Shown here one piece after another: positions 39,010 through 49,068 of a stretch of DNA of 64,000 bases. The stretch lies in contig JALWZS010000021.1 of assembly GCA_027002475.1 (NCBI GenBank), positions 205 to 64,204 of the forward strand, in the 5' to 3' direction. Position numbers and translations under genes: made by a program. Source of the DNA: a bacterium (GTDB lineage Bacteria > Patescibacteriota > 4484-211 > GCA-002791395). Position 1 is the stretch's first letter. Each line of letters starts with the position of its first letter. A model generated the notes under the pieces. It was not told the origin of the DNA. It saw only the letters and a program-made list of their open reading frames with translations, and did not search any database.

Positions 39010-40461
39010 CTAGAAGTCTAATGCTTTAATCAATCTATCTAAAACGACATCTCTCCCAAGCACCTCAAGCATTTCAAAAAGTGGTGGGGTGTGAGTTTGA
39101 CCTGAGACTGCTGCGCGAATAGTCATAAACGCTGCTCTTGGTTTAAGCTCGTGCTTTTGCTGAATTTCACGCAAGGCTTTTTCTATTTGCTCAGTTTCCC
39201 AAAGTTCTAAAGCCTCTAAGGCATTGACTACCTCGTTCAAATACTCTTTTCTTTTGCTACTGTCGCTAAGATAAGAAGTTACCAACTCCTTGTCGACCGC
39301 TACATCTTCAAAAAAGAATCTATTTTCATCCCAAAACTCGCTTAAAACTTTAAGTCTTTCCTGTGCTAATTCAACAACACGCTCGAGGTATGCGCTGTTT
39401 TTTGCATACCTCTCATTTACAAATCCCTCACTAACTAATAAACTTGCTAACTCGCTAACTTGCAAACTCCTTATATAAACCCCGTTCATCCATCTTAGTT
39501 TCTCAAGGTCAAAGATAGGACCAGTTGGATTGATCTTGTTAATATCAAAGCCTTGAATCATCTCGTCAAGAGAAAAAATCTCACTGCCTTGCGCTCTTGG
39601 CCAAATAAGTGTGCCTAGGTAATTTATAATCGCTTGAGGTAAAAAGCCTTGCTCGCGATACCAGGACATCCAAACAGGATTCTTACGCTTGCTTAGCTTA
39701 CTTTTGTCTTTATTGCGTAGTAACGGCAAGTGAACAAAAACAGGTAATTCCCAACCAAATGCTTTGTAAAGCAACACATGCTTTGGTGTTGACGAAATCC
39801 AGTCTTCTCCACGAATAACATGAGATATCTCCATCAAATGATCATCTACAACTACAGCCATATGGTAAGTCGGAAAACCATCGGATTTGATCAAGACCTG
39901 GTCATCAATTAAACGATTTTCAAAGGTTATATCTCCTCGCACAACATCATGAAAAGTTGTTGTTCCTTCATCTGGGACATTAAGTCTTATTACATGAGGT
40001 TGCCCACTATCTAAACGTTGTTGAACCTCCTCAGGGCTTAAATGTTTACACGTACCGTCATACATCGGAGTCTCACCTCTAGCCTGCTGCTCTTTTCGCA
40101 TTTTATCTAGACGCTCAGGGGTACAAAAACAATAATAAGCCATTCCTTTATCTATTAGCTCCTTAGCATACTTTTTGTATAAATCCAGCCTATCAGACTG
40201 CCTATACGGACCATAATCCCCGCCTATATCAGGACCTTCATCGTAATTAAGTCCTAGCCATCTTAAAGATTCTAGTATTCGCTCTTCAGATCCTTCAACA
40301 AAGCGAGTCCTATCGGTGTCTTCAATTCGAATCACAAACTTTCCGTTATTTTGCTTTGCAAAAACATAATCTACTAAAGCTGTATTTGCATGACCAATGT
40401 GCAAGTTCTCTCCAGTAGGACTTGGGGCGATTCTAACTCTAACGCTCTTGTTAGTAGACAT
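39010..40461 (-). CDS. gltX: glutamyl-tRNA synthetase
   Basis: Class I HIGH (LHIGHA) in RIAPSPTGENLHIGHANTAL and KMSKS (KLSKRK). 483 aa. Confidence 0.9.
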   Translation of the reverse strand: MSTNKSVRVRIAPSPTGENLHIGHANTALVDYVFAKQNNGKFVIRIEDTDRTRFVEGSEERILESLRWLGLNYDEGPDIGGDYGPYRQSDRLDLYKKYAKELIDKGMAYYCFCTPERLDKMRKEQQARGETPMYDGTCKHLSPEEVQQRLDSGQPHVIRLNVPDEGTTTFHDVVRGDITFENRLIDDQVLIKSDGFPTYHMAVVVDDHLMEISHVIRGEDWISSTPKHVLLYKAFGWELPVFVHLPLLRNKDKSKLSKRKNPVWMSWYREQGFLPQAIINYLGTLIWPRAQGSEIFSLDEMIQGFDINKINPTGPIFDLEKLRWMNGVYIRSLQVSELASLLVSEGFVNERYAKNSAYLERVVELAQERLKVLSEFWDENRFFFEDVAVDKELVTSYLSDSSKRKEYLNEVVNALEALELWETEQIEKALREIQQKHELKPRAAFMTIRAAVSGQTHTPPLFEMLEVLGRDVVLDRLIKALDF

Positions 40462-40535
40462 AGACGAATTGTAGCTATTTTCTAAAGAACACGCAAACGC
40501 TACAACTCTACTCTATTTTCAGCTATACTAACACT

Positions 40536-41717
40536 ATGACGCTAACACAAGCGGCTGCAACATTTCGACTAACAGTAAAGGTTACCGCTGTAGTAATTGT
40601 TTCATTAATAGTAGTACGAGGAAGCTTCTTTATATTCAGTCTTTTGTTCCCTAAAGAACCACCCCCACCGCCAAAGCCCAAATTTGCTGCAGAGTTTGGT
40701 AAACTACCACCATTAGAATTTGATACTGCTAGTGTTCAATTTACACCAAACTACAAAGCAGTATTAGACCTTATAGCGGCAAACTTACCAGACCAACCAG
40801 AAGTTGCATATGTATACCCTGTCCTCAAAGCCCCGTATGGCTTCTTAAGTGAAGACAGAGCGCAGGAAGTTGCAAAAGTATTTAACTTGTATGGAACACC
40901 TGTGAAGCTAAGTACCACTGAAAGAGTATGGTATGGTCCTAACCGTTCGTTAAGCATAAACACACAAACCCTTAACTTTACGTATGAGTATAGGTACGAT
41001 CTTGATACTTCTGTATTTAAAAAAGGGGTATATCGACAAGGCACTACATTAGTCGATTACGCCAAAGCACTAAAAAGCCAGTACAACATATTTGGCGAAT
41101 TTGCAGACGATCTAGCAAAAAGAGAACCTAAGCTATATCTTCTAAAATACCAGTCAGGCAAACTCCAACCAACAAACAGTATGTTAGAAGCATCCGCAGC
41201 GCGAATAGATTTTTTAAGAGACAGTATTTCATACGCGTTAGGTCAATATCGATACACTTTTGAATTTGTATCACCAAATTACGTCGGATCGATAGCGTAC
41301 ACAATGCTTGGAACAGGTGAAGACGGCAGAACTCCAAAGCCCATCGAGGTGCATCACTACTTATGGCGTTACGACGCTGAAAAAGGCTCTACTTACCCCA
41401 TTCTTCCTAGTCAGTTAGCATGGGAAACGCTTCAACAAGATCCGGCAAAATACACAGTTTATGTTGGCAATTTGTCTCTTGGACCAATGGATAAAAACCC
41501 AACAACACTGTCTTTAAGCGCAATAACTATCTCCAATGTAAAATTTGCGTACTATAACACTAAAATAGAACAAGATTATATTCAACCTGTATGGGTGTTT
41601 ATTGGAAAAGGAACCCTATCAACTGGTGGGGAGTTGGATTGGGTTGGATACGTACCTGCAGTACTCCCATCAATGATAGCGCTACCACAAGAAAGTGCCG
41701 ACCAAGTAACAAACTAA
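40536..41717 (+). CDS. membrane-anchored hypothetical protein
   Basis: N-terminal TM, a PPPPPKPK linker and a large extracytoplasmic domain. Confidence 0.55.
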   Translation: MTLTQAAATFRLTVKVTAVVIVSLIVVRGSFFIFSLLFPKEPPPPPKPKFAAEFGKLPPLEFDTASVQFTPNYKAVLDLIAANLPDQPEVAYVYPVLKAPYGFLSEDRAQEVAKVFNLYGTPVKLSTTERVWYGPNRSLSINTQTLNFTYEYRYDLDTSVFKKGVYRQGTTLVDYAKALKSQYNIFGEFADDLAKREPKLYLLKYQSGKLQPTNSMLEASAARIDFLRDSISYALGQYRYTFEFVSPNYVGSIAYTMLGTGEDGRTPKPIEVHHYLWRYDAEKGSTYPILPSQLAWETLQQDPAKYTVYVGNLSLGPMDKNPTTLSLSAITISNVKFAYYNTKIEQDYIQPVWVFIGKGTLSTGGELDWVGYVPAVLPSMIALPQESADQVTN

Positions 41718-42680
41718 CTAATCGCCAAGATATATATTATTTCCTAAGTACTTGTTATAACCACTAAATTCTTGTCCTTCCTTTTTATCCCTTAGTGCAC
41801 GTGCTCTTTCATTTTCAGCAATATTCATGTACGTAGATGTTAAATCAGCATAGTACACAGCCAGCGCCTCACGAGTTACAGGCAAAATTGGACTTCCAGT
41901 TTCTCTTTTGCCTTGGTGACTAAGAATTATGTGCAGAAGTTGTAACCTAAGTTCTTCTGGAAAATCCTCTGGCATTCGATTTTCTATCATCAATAAACCA
42001 ATACCAATGTGTCCTATAAACTGCCCTTCTTTACTATACTCAGTAACACCCGACATACTAACGTTAAGCTCCTTAATCTTCCCAACATCGTGCAAAAAGG
42101 CGGCGCCAGTCATCAAATCACGATTGAGATCAGGATATATCTTAGCAATTGAATCTAGGATTTCCATCATTTCTAAAACGTGTTGTAAAAGACCATGTCT
42201 ATAATCATGATGAACGTACATTCCAGCTGGAGCATTAATATATTTTTTGTAGAAAAGCTCATCGTCGAAAAAAGCATCAATCAATTTACGCAAGTGGAAG
42301 TCACGAATTGAATCAATCCGCTTATGCATCTCCTTGATCAAATACTCCCCATCAATACGCTCATTAACAGCAATAAAGTCGTCTGAATCAAACTCCGTTG
42401 CCTTCTTTAAGCGTCTTATTACAAGCTCTACTTTCCCACGATACTCACGCACTTCAAACTCAACAGAAACAACATCACCAGCGGAGTGCTCATCTGTCAT
42501 AGAAATTGAGTCAGACCATACCTTCCCACTAATCTCACCGCTCTTATCACGTAATACCAAGTCTAGAAAGGGTTTTCCGTCTTTTGTTGTCCGCTGCTCA
42601 GATTTGACCACAGCAAATTCACTACTTCCTGTTAGTCCGACGGAATTATTTAGGTCTTCAACAAAGAACTGCTTCGCCAC
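41718..42680 (-). CDS. OB-fold plus HD-domain phosphohydrolase (YhaM-like 3'-5' exoribonuclease family)
   Basis: N-terminal OB-fold-like region. HD motifs HHDYRHGLLQHVLEM and FLHDVGK. Confidence 0.65.
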   Translation of the reverse strand: MAKQFFVEDLNNSVGLTGSSEFAVVKSEQRTTKDGKPFLDLVLRDKSGEISGKVWSDSISMTDEHSAGDVVSVEFEVREYRGKVELVIRRLKKATEFDSDDFIAVNERIDGEYLIKEMHKRIDSIRDFHLRKLIDAFFDDELFYKKYINAPAGMYVHHDYRHGLLQHVLEMMEILDSIAKIYPDLNRDLMTGAAFLHDVGKIKELNVSMSGVTEYSKEGQFIGHIGIGLLMIENRMPEDFPEELRLQLLHIILSHQGKRETGSPILPVTREALAVYYADLTSTYMNIAENERARALRDKKEGQEFSGYNKYLGNNIYLGD

Positions 42681-42738
42681 AATATAAACATTATAGTATA
42701 TCTAGTAAGAAATATCAGCCTAATGGACTTTTTAACTT

Positions 42739-45312
42739 TTACTTATTTGGGGATTTAGAATTAACCCATAAAACGCCACCAACAGAAAGCAACATTGCAC
42801 TAACAATTAAGCTGTATAGAGCGTTTGTTGCAGCAGTATCAGGGAGTTCGGTAGCCGCACCCAATACATCTCCCTTACCCATAGGAGCTTCTGTGGGTGT
42901 ATTTGTTGGAGTGTTGGTTGGAGTTGGAGTAGTTTTAATATCGCTCTCACCTAACACATCGCCGGTTTCTTCCGTAGGGGTTGGTGTAGTAGTTGGAGTA
43001 GGCGTATTCGTTGGGGTTGGGGTATCTGTCGGAGTGGGTGTTGGCGTATTAGTTGGCGTTGGAGTAGGTGTATCGGTTGGAGTTGGTTCCTGAGGAGTTG
43101 GGGTTGGAGTATCTGTTGGAGTAGGTTGAACTCTCGCAAATGTTGGTGTAGGGGTATTAGTTGGTGTTGGTGTGTTAGTAGGACTTGGACTTACGGTGGT
43201 AGTAGGAGATGGCTGTATTCTAGCGAATGTTGGAGTTGGTGTATTTGTTGGCATATATGTTGGTGTAGGAGTATTTGTGGGACTTGGCGTATCTGTTGGT
43301 GTTGGAGTTAAGACAGTCCTGTCCAAGGTAACTTCACACCAATCGCCCCAATCACTCGCGTTCCCAGCAGCGTCAACTGCACGAACTCGGTACTTGTAAA
43401 GTCCGTCTAAGTCTCTAATCATTCCTGTTTTCTCAGATATAGTTGGATGATCGATTATGTTACCTTCACGAATCATGTAGTCGTAGTGATCAAAGTCCGC
43501 TTCAGTGTTATCGTCCCAATCAACGGTTATCAACCGATTATCGGTTATACCACCACATCTAAGGTCGTTACCCTCATGGTCGAGGATATGAATTCCGGTA
43601 GGCGCACTTGGTGCAATGTCATAAGTTATAGAACACACATTACTCCACTCTGACACGAATTCGTTAGCATCTATTGTACGGTCTCCATCTGCATCTTTCC
43701 ACGCCCTAACCCTTGAGTAGTAAATCCCTTCGTGCCCTGTACCTCCACCAAAAGTCCGATAGTTAGTGTAAGGATTATCGTATATTTCGCTACCTCTCCA
43801 GCTTCCGTTACCGACTTTATACTGACGCTCATACCTAATGTTTGGATCTCCTAAAGCGACATCCGTCCAGTGGACTGATATCCCGTTAACACTAGTAGAG
43901 CCTCCAGTACAAGCAATTTCATTTGGAAACCTAGGAGTAGCGTAATTATCGCCATCGTTTTGGTTGTAACCAGTTTGCTCCGGCGTAGCAGGCGGCATTC
44001 CTATTGTTAGGTTAACTCTACTCCTCCAGCGTAAGTTGCCAGCCTTATCTGCAAATCTCACAACCATCTTGTACACACCATCAGGTAGATTGTTTGTTCC
44101 ATCATTAACTGGCAGGCTCCATGTCTCTGAAGCTTCATCATAAGTTGCCCAAAACGTTGCAACAAGACTATTGTCGCTCATTTTCCTAAACCTAACTCTT
44201 ATAGAGTCTATGCCAGAAAGCGCGTCACCTGCCGTACCTGTTACATCGAATGGTCCTGAGAGAAATGCACCGCTATCAGGATATGTGATTGTGGCAAAAG
44301 GCTTCGTGCTGTCATAAGTGATCTTGCAACTATCATCAAAGGTCTTGTCTCCGCCAAGTGCCCAAGCAGATTTGTTACCATTTACATCTACCGCTCTAAC
44401 GGCAAATCCGTAAGTACCTTCGTGAGGTAGCCAGCTACCATTGTATTCAAATATGGAGTCATAAAATACTCGTTCATCAATACCAATCCGACCGTTTGGC
44501 GCATCAAACGATGTGTATTCGTAGTGGTCAAAGTCGTATTCTGTATTGTCATCCCAATCAGGATGCATTCTTTGGATTGGTGAGTAAGCTCCGCATTCGT
44601 AAACTTTACTATGATCGTCACCTTGCAGTCTTCTTAAACCAGTAGGCATCGCAGGGGGAGTATTATCCTCTATGTGTGGAATGTTAAGATTAAAGGCGTG
44701 ACGATGCTTCTTTACTAACCTCACCTGCCAACAACTAGATGCTTCATCTGCCATTCCAGACCTATTCTCAACAACAGATGCCTTTGGGTGCTGTATCACA
44801 CGTCCCAACGGACCAACTGGTTTTGTGCCAACTGGAGGCATATTAAGCTCGTAGGCTAAGTCAGTGCGAACACCACATACATAATAAGTGTTACCCCATG
44901 CAAGGTTGCCAAAGTAGAAGAAACCACGTGGGAGAGTTCCACTTGTTTGCTCGCGCAAGTTCACAAAATTCCCGTTACCGTCATCCACATACAACCTAAC
45001 ACCCCAACCATTCTTAAGCGGAGACCTACCGTCTGCTATAGTAAGCAAACCATCGTCATTAGCATCTAGAAATGTAAATCCTGTAATACTTCCATTGTGA
45101 ATCGTTTTCTTAAGCGTAATCGCTTCTACGGTTTGCGAATTAGACCCAAATACAAAATATGCACCTACGGTAAGTATCGTAAAGACCAGAACGGTTAAAA
45201 ATTTATTTAATTTCGATTTGGGTTGATACATAAGCTCTAGTCCTATAGAACGAGTGCATATTAACACTATAACTACAATTTTGTCAAATGGATACATCAA
45301 AAGAGTATTCAA
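42739..45312 (-). CDS. large cell-surface protein with Fn3/Ig-like repeats, long Pro/Thr repeat stalk and C-terminal LPDTA-hydrophobic-basic sorting-like signal
   Basis: N-terminal TM or signal. Duplicated WDDNTE(Y/A)DFDHY(E/D)Y modules. About 150 aa of [16 protein letters not shown] repeats. C-terminus [35 protein letters not shown]. Confidence 0.7.
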   Translation of the reverse strand: MNTLLMYPFDKIVVIVLICTRSIGLELMYQPKSKLNKFLTVLVFTILTVGAYFVFGSNSQTVEAITLKKTIHNGSITGFTFLDANDDGLLTIADGRSPLKNGWGVRLYVDDGNGNFVNLREQTSGTLPRGFFYFGNLAWGNTYYVCGVRTDLAYELNMPPVGTKPVGPLGRVIQHPKASVVENRSGMADEASSCWQVRLVKKHRHAFNLNIPHIEDNTPPAMPTGLRRLQGDDHSKVYECGAYSPIQRMHPDWDDNTEYDFDHYEYTSFDAPNGRIGIDERVFYDSIFEYNGSWLPHEGTYGFAVRAVDVNGNKSAWALGGDKTFDDSCKITYDSTKPFATITYPDSGAFLSGPFDVTGTAGDALSGIDSIRVRFRKMSDNSLVATFWATYDEASETWSLPVNDGTNNLPDGVYKMVVRFADKAGNLRWRSRVNLTIGMPPATPEQTGYNQNDGDNYATPRFPNEIACTGGSTSVNGISVHWTDVALGDPNIRYERQYKVGNGSWRGSEIYDNPYTNYRTFGGGTGHEGIYYSRVRAWKDADGDRTIDANEFVSEWSNVCSITYDIAPSAPTGIHILDHEGNDLRCGGITDNRLITVDWDDNTEADFDHYDYMIREGNIIDHPTISEKTGMIRDLDGLYKYRVRAVDAAGNASDWGDWCEVTLDRTVLTPTPTDTPSPTNTPTPTYMPTNTPTPTFARIQPSPTTTVSPSPTNTPTPTNTPTPTFARVQPTPTDTPTPTPQEPTPTDTPTPTPTNTPTPTPTDTPTPTNTPTPTTTPTPTEETGDVLGESDIKTTPTPTNTPTNTPTEAPMGKGDVLGAATELPDTAATNALYSLIVSAMLLSVGGVLWVNSKSPNK

Positions 45313-45377
45313 CCAACATCACCATCATGGTATTTATAGGTAATTCTAGAAAGGTTTCTATTATCCAATCCTAGATC

Positions 45378-45440
45378 CCACTCCAGTACTCCAGTGTACT
45401 GGAGTATTTATGCGGAATTCTCGGCGGTTCGTCTTTTGAA
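45378..45440. repeat. second repeat family, copy 2
   Basis: cccactccagtactccagtgtactggagtatttatgcggaattctcggcgg. Confidence 0.6.
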
Positions 45441-45505
45441 AGCATTTACGTGGATCGTACAAGCCTTCACAGAACTACTCTGTCCCCCCTAATTTCTAGT
45501 GTATA

Positions 45506-46399
45506 ATGAAATCGATGTGGCGGTTTACTAAAGTTTCTCTCTTAGGTCCATTTTCATTGCTGCTGGCAATTGTTTTATTTACCCCAGCATTACAAAACAA
45601 CGCATCAGCACAAACCACAGATAATGTTTCCGTAAGAATACGTACAGTAAATCGTGGATGCGATAATGCCACAATCGAGTGGACTACAGACCCTGCGACT
45701 AAATGCGAGGTCGAGTATATTGACCCAGAAGGACAAAACACCAAGATACCTCCCAACGAGAACTATACTGAAGAGCATTCAGTTACATTACTAAATCTTA
45801 TACCAAACAATGCCAACTACTACCTTCGCCTGACTTGTGTCGACGAAAACGGAAAACAAAAAGTTCAAACAGATAAATTCACGACACTGGGTGATTCCGT
45901 CTGTGAAAAAAAGTTAACTCCATCCCCCACGCCACAAGATGATGGCGGGTTTTTGGCGTTATTGTCACCATCCCCATCTATTACCCCCACTCCAACCCCA
46001 GCATATCCATGGGCGCTACCAGGCGGACAGTACGTTCCTTTTTATCCAATCCCAATACCGATTGCCTATCAACCACAAGTTCTTGGAGCGCAAGTAACCC
46101 AACCGCCAACACCTACCCCGATTCCTCCAACCAACACCCCGACACCAACTCTACAACCATCTGCAGTAACAATCTCAGATACCGGCTCACTACTTTTAAT
46201 TATCGGACTTCTCGCAGGGGTTATTGTTTCGTTTATGGTTTATGAACTACGTAAGGATCAAAGCAAAGAGGTTTTAAACAGACTTAAAGACAAAACTCAA
46301 CAAAAAATAAGCAAAGAATCGACTAGCTCAAATCAAGAAGAAGAAAAATCAGACACGCAAACGTTTAAATTCTCGGTAAAACCAAAGGAGTCAGAATAA
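45506..46399 (+). CDS. secreted Pro/Thr-rich surface protein with C-terminal TM anchor
   Basis: Signal peptide ending ASAQT. PTPTPAYP and [16 protein letters not shown] linkers. C-terminal TM plus RKDQSK. Confidence 0.55.
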   Translation: MKSMWRFTKVSLLGPFSLLLAIVLFTPALQNNASAQTTDNVSVRIRTVNRGCDNATIEWTTDPATKCEVEYIDPEGQNTKIPPNENYTEEHSVTLLNLIPNNANYYLRLTCVDENGKQKVQTDKFTTLGDSVCEKKLTPSPTPQDDGGFLALLSPSPSITPTPTPAYPWALPGGQYVPFYPIPIPIAYQPQVLGAQVTQPPTPTPIPPTNTPTPTLQPSAVTISDTGSLLLIIGLLAGVIVSFMVYELRKDQSKEVLNRLKDKTQQKISKESTSSNQEEEKSDTQTFKFSVKPKESE

Positions 46400-46400
46400 A

Positions 46401-49028
46401 TTAATTCTCCCCTAACCTTTTCGAAAGCACCCAGTAAATAAGTTCGTTAAACGCAATCATACTAAGCGAAATAACGAACACAAGTATCCAATCAGATACC
46501 GCTAATGGAACTGTTCTAAACAGTTCTTGCAGAGGTGGCACCAACACAACACTTAGCTGCAAAAGTGCAGAGAACCCAAATGCGTACCAGATAGCCTTAT
46601 TTTCAAATATATGGCTTTTAAAGATTGAATGCCTACCAGCTTGTATATTGAATACATTAATTAATTGCATAAACGCCATAACAATAAGAGTGGCAGTTCT
46701 CGTGTATTCTAATCCATGCGTCGTATAAAAGAACAAAAATACTCCAATTGCAGTAATTGACATTGCTGTTCCCAGTAAAACCAACTGCCACATAGACCAC
46801 TTGTCTAAAATAAATGCGTTTTTATCACGAGGTTTTCGCCGCATAATGTCATCTTCTTTAGGAGAAAAGATTAACGCGGTGTAGGGCAAACCATCGGTAA
46901 CCAAGTTAAGCCATAATATTTGCGTTGGATACAAAGGTAAAGGAAATCCAAAAACTAATGCAAACACCATTAAAGCGACCTCACTTACGTTTGTCGCTAA
47001 TAAGTAGAGCAAAACCTTTTTAATGTTGTCAAAAATCCCCCGTCCCTCTTCTACCGCCGCTTCAATGGTCGCAAAGTTATTGTCTAAAATAACCATATCT
47101 GAAGCACCTCGCGCAACATCTGTCCCGCCCTCGCCCATGGCAACCCCAATATCGGCGCTTGCTAGCGCTGGCGCGTCATTTACCCCATCTCCTGTCATAG
47201 CAACAACCTCACCAGTTTCTTGGAGCAATCGAATTATTGTAAGTTTATGCTTAGGCGTAACACGAGCAAATACATTAGTTACCTTTAGTTTCTCGCGTAG
47301 AGTATCATCATCCATTGAATCTAAGTCGCTACCTTTAAGAATATTTTGGTAATCTTTTATACCCACGGCTTTAGCAATTTCACTAGCGGTTAGGCGATGA
47401 TCGCCTGTTAGCATCAAAACGCGTATGCCAGCTTCGCCAACCGTCTTAACTGCCTTAATCGCCTCAGGTCTTAAAGGATCAGCAAACCCAACCAACCCAA
47501 GTAACACTAAATCATTATCAATATCTTCAAGTTCTAAATCTTCTTTAGCGTTAGACGTTTCTTTGTAAGCGATCGCTAAGGGTTTTAGGCGCTCGCTTGC
47601 CATTCGTCGCACCTCATTAAGAGCATCTTCGCGAACCTTATCGCTAAGCCGCACCACTTTGCCTTCAACCATCTCAAACCCACACCTGTTAATAACTGCC
47701 TTTGGGCTACCTTTTACAAAAATGTATCCTTCGTTATTACCGCCGCTAGTTTTAGTTACTTTAACCGCCATCAAGCGATAGTCATTCGAAAAAGGCAATT
47801 CTGCAATCCTCTTGTATGCACTTCGGATCTTGTCGATATTCTCGCCAACCCTTCTCGCCCAGTTAAGGAGTGCAATATCTAGAGGGTCACCTAAGTCCCG
47901 CTGGTCTTCTTGAGCCAACACTGCGTCATTTGCTAAAACACATGACAAAAGAAGCTTACTGATCTTATCTTTTTCAAAATCATTAACGATGTCATGACCA
48001 TTAGCAAAGAGCTTTTTAACGCTTAACTTATTTTCTGTAAGTGTCCCGGTTTTATCTGTTGCAATAACGGTTACAGCACCAAGCGTTTCAACCGCCATCA
48101 TGTTCCTAACAACCGCTTTCCTTTTTGCCATTCGCGACATTCCAACAGCCAATGCAATAGTTACAGCAATAACCAATCCTTCAGGCAAAACAGAAACAGC
48201 CAACGACACAGCAAATAAAAACATTTCATAGAAACCATGTCCACGAAGCAAACCTACAACAAATAAAAACGCCATAATCACAAGAACCGCGATAACAAGC
48301 AACCTGCTCAAACGACCTAAACTTTCCTGCAATGGCGTTTGTCCTTTTTCAATAGAACTTATATCTGTAGCAATCTGACCAATCTGGGTAGCCGCACCTG
48401 TTGCCACAACAATTGCCATACCATTCCCACGAACAACTGTGCTACCTGCAAACACCATATTGGTTTGGTCATTAATAATCACGTCATTAGTTATAACTTC
48501 GGTATTTTTCTCAACGGATAAAGATTCGCCAGTAATAACAGATTCGTTTACCGAAAGAGATGCGGTCTCAATTAACCTAGCATCACAGGTTATAGACATC
48601 CCTTCTTCTAATAAAAGGATATCTCCAGGAACTAATTCCGACGAGTCAACCTCTTGACGTTTCCCTTCCCTGATTACAATTGCCTTTGGCACTGTTAACT
48701 TTTTTAGTGCTGCAACAGCTTCTTGAGCTTTATATTCTTGAAAAAAGCCTAGTACAACACTTAGTAAAACTGTGATGAACAAAACGGTAGCGTCTATGTA
48801 TTCGTGTAAAAATATCGTGACAACAAAAGCAAAGATTAAAACTGGTATCAATGGATTAGCAAACTGCCGCAAGAATAAGGTTAATGCGGATTCATACTCT
48901 TCCTCAGGCAACGTGTTAGGACCATACTTTTTAAAAGACGCCTCAACTTGCTCCTTACTTAATCCGTTGCGTGTTACACTATAAGTATCAAAAAGATCTT
49001 GAATGGTTTGCTGATAGGGCAGTTTCAC
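46401..49028 (-). CDS. cation-transporting P-type ATPase (type IIA Ca2+-like)
   Basis: DKTGTLTEN phosphorylation site, MLTGDHRLTA and GDGVNDAPAL. 10 TM pattern. Confidence 0.9.
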   Translation of the reverse strand: MKLPYQQTIQDLFDTYSVTRNGLSKEQVEASFKKYGPNTLPEEEYESALTLFLRQFANPLIPVLIFAFVVTIFLHEYIDATVLFITVLLSVVLGFFQEYKAQEAVAALKKLTVPKAIVIREGKRQEVDSSELVPGDILLLEEGMSITCDARLIETASLSVNESVITGESLSVEKNTEVITNDVIINDQTNMVFAGSTVVRGNGMAIVVATGAATQIGQIATDISSIEKGQTPLQESLGRLSRLLVIAVLVIMAFLFVVGLLRGHGFYEMFLFAVSLAVSVLPEGLVIAVTIALAVGMSRMAKRKAVVRNMMAVETLGAVTVIATDKTGTLTENKLSVKKLFANGHDIVNDFEKDKISKLLLSCVLANDAVLAQEDQRDLGDPLDIALLNWARRVGENIDKIRSAYKRIAELPFSNDYRLMAVKVTKTSGGNNEGYIFVKGSPKAVINRCGFEMVEGKVVRLSDKVREDALNEVRRMASERLKPLAIAYKETSNAKEDLELEDIDNDLVLLGLVGFADPLRPEAIKAVKTVGEAGIRVLMLTGDHRLTASEIAKAVGIKDYQNILKGSDLDSMDDDTLREKLKVTNVFARVTPKHKLTIIRLLQETGEVVAMTGDGVNDAPALASADIGVAMGEGGTDVARGASDMVILDNNFATIEAAVEEGRGIFDNIKKVLLYLLATNVSEVALMVFALVFGFPLPLYPTQILWLNLVTDGLPYTALIFSPKEDDIMRRKPRDKNAFILDKWSMWQLVLLGTAMSITAIGVFLFFYTTHGLEYTRTATLIVMAFMQLINVFNIQAGRHSIFKSHIFENKAIWYAFGFSALLQLSVVLVPPLQELFRTVPLAVSDWILVFVISLSMIAFNELIYWVLSKRLGEN

Positions 49029-49068
49029 AGAATAATTCTAACACGATAAAATAGTTAAACACCACATT

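Noticed and set aside
42880-43320. Possible CRISPR array (regular short repeats)
   Set aside because: The periodicity is 6 nt/12 nt coding for Pro-Thr dipeptide repeats within an ORF. There is no repeat-spacer architecture and there are no cas genes.
42893-43399. GVGV-rich ORFs antisense to the PT repeats (42893..43093, 43172..43399) and likewise 56261..56560
   Set aside because: They are mirror translations of the PTPT-encoding repeats of genuine surface-protein genes on the other strand.
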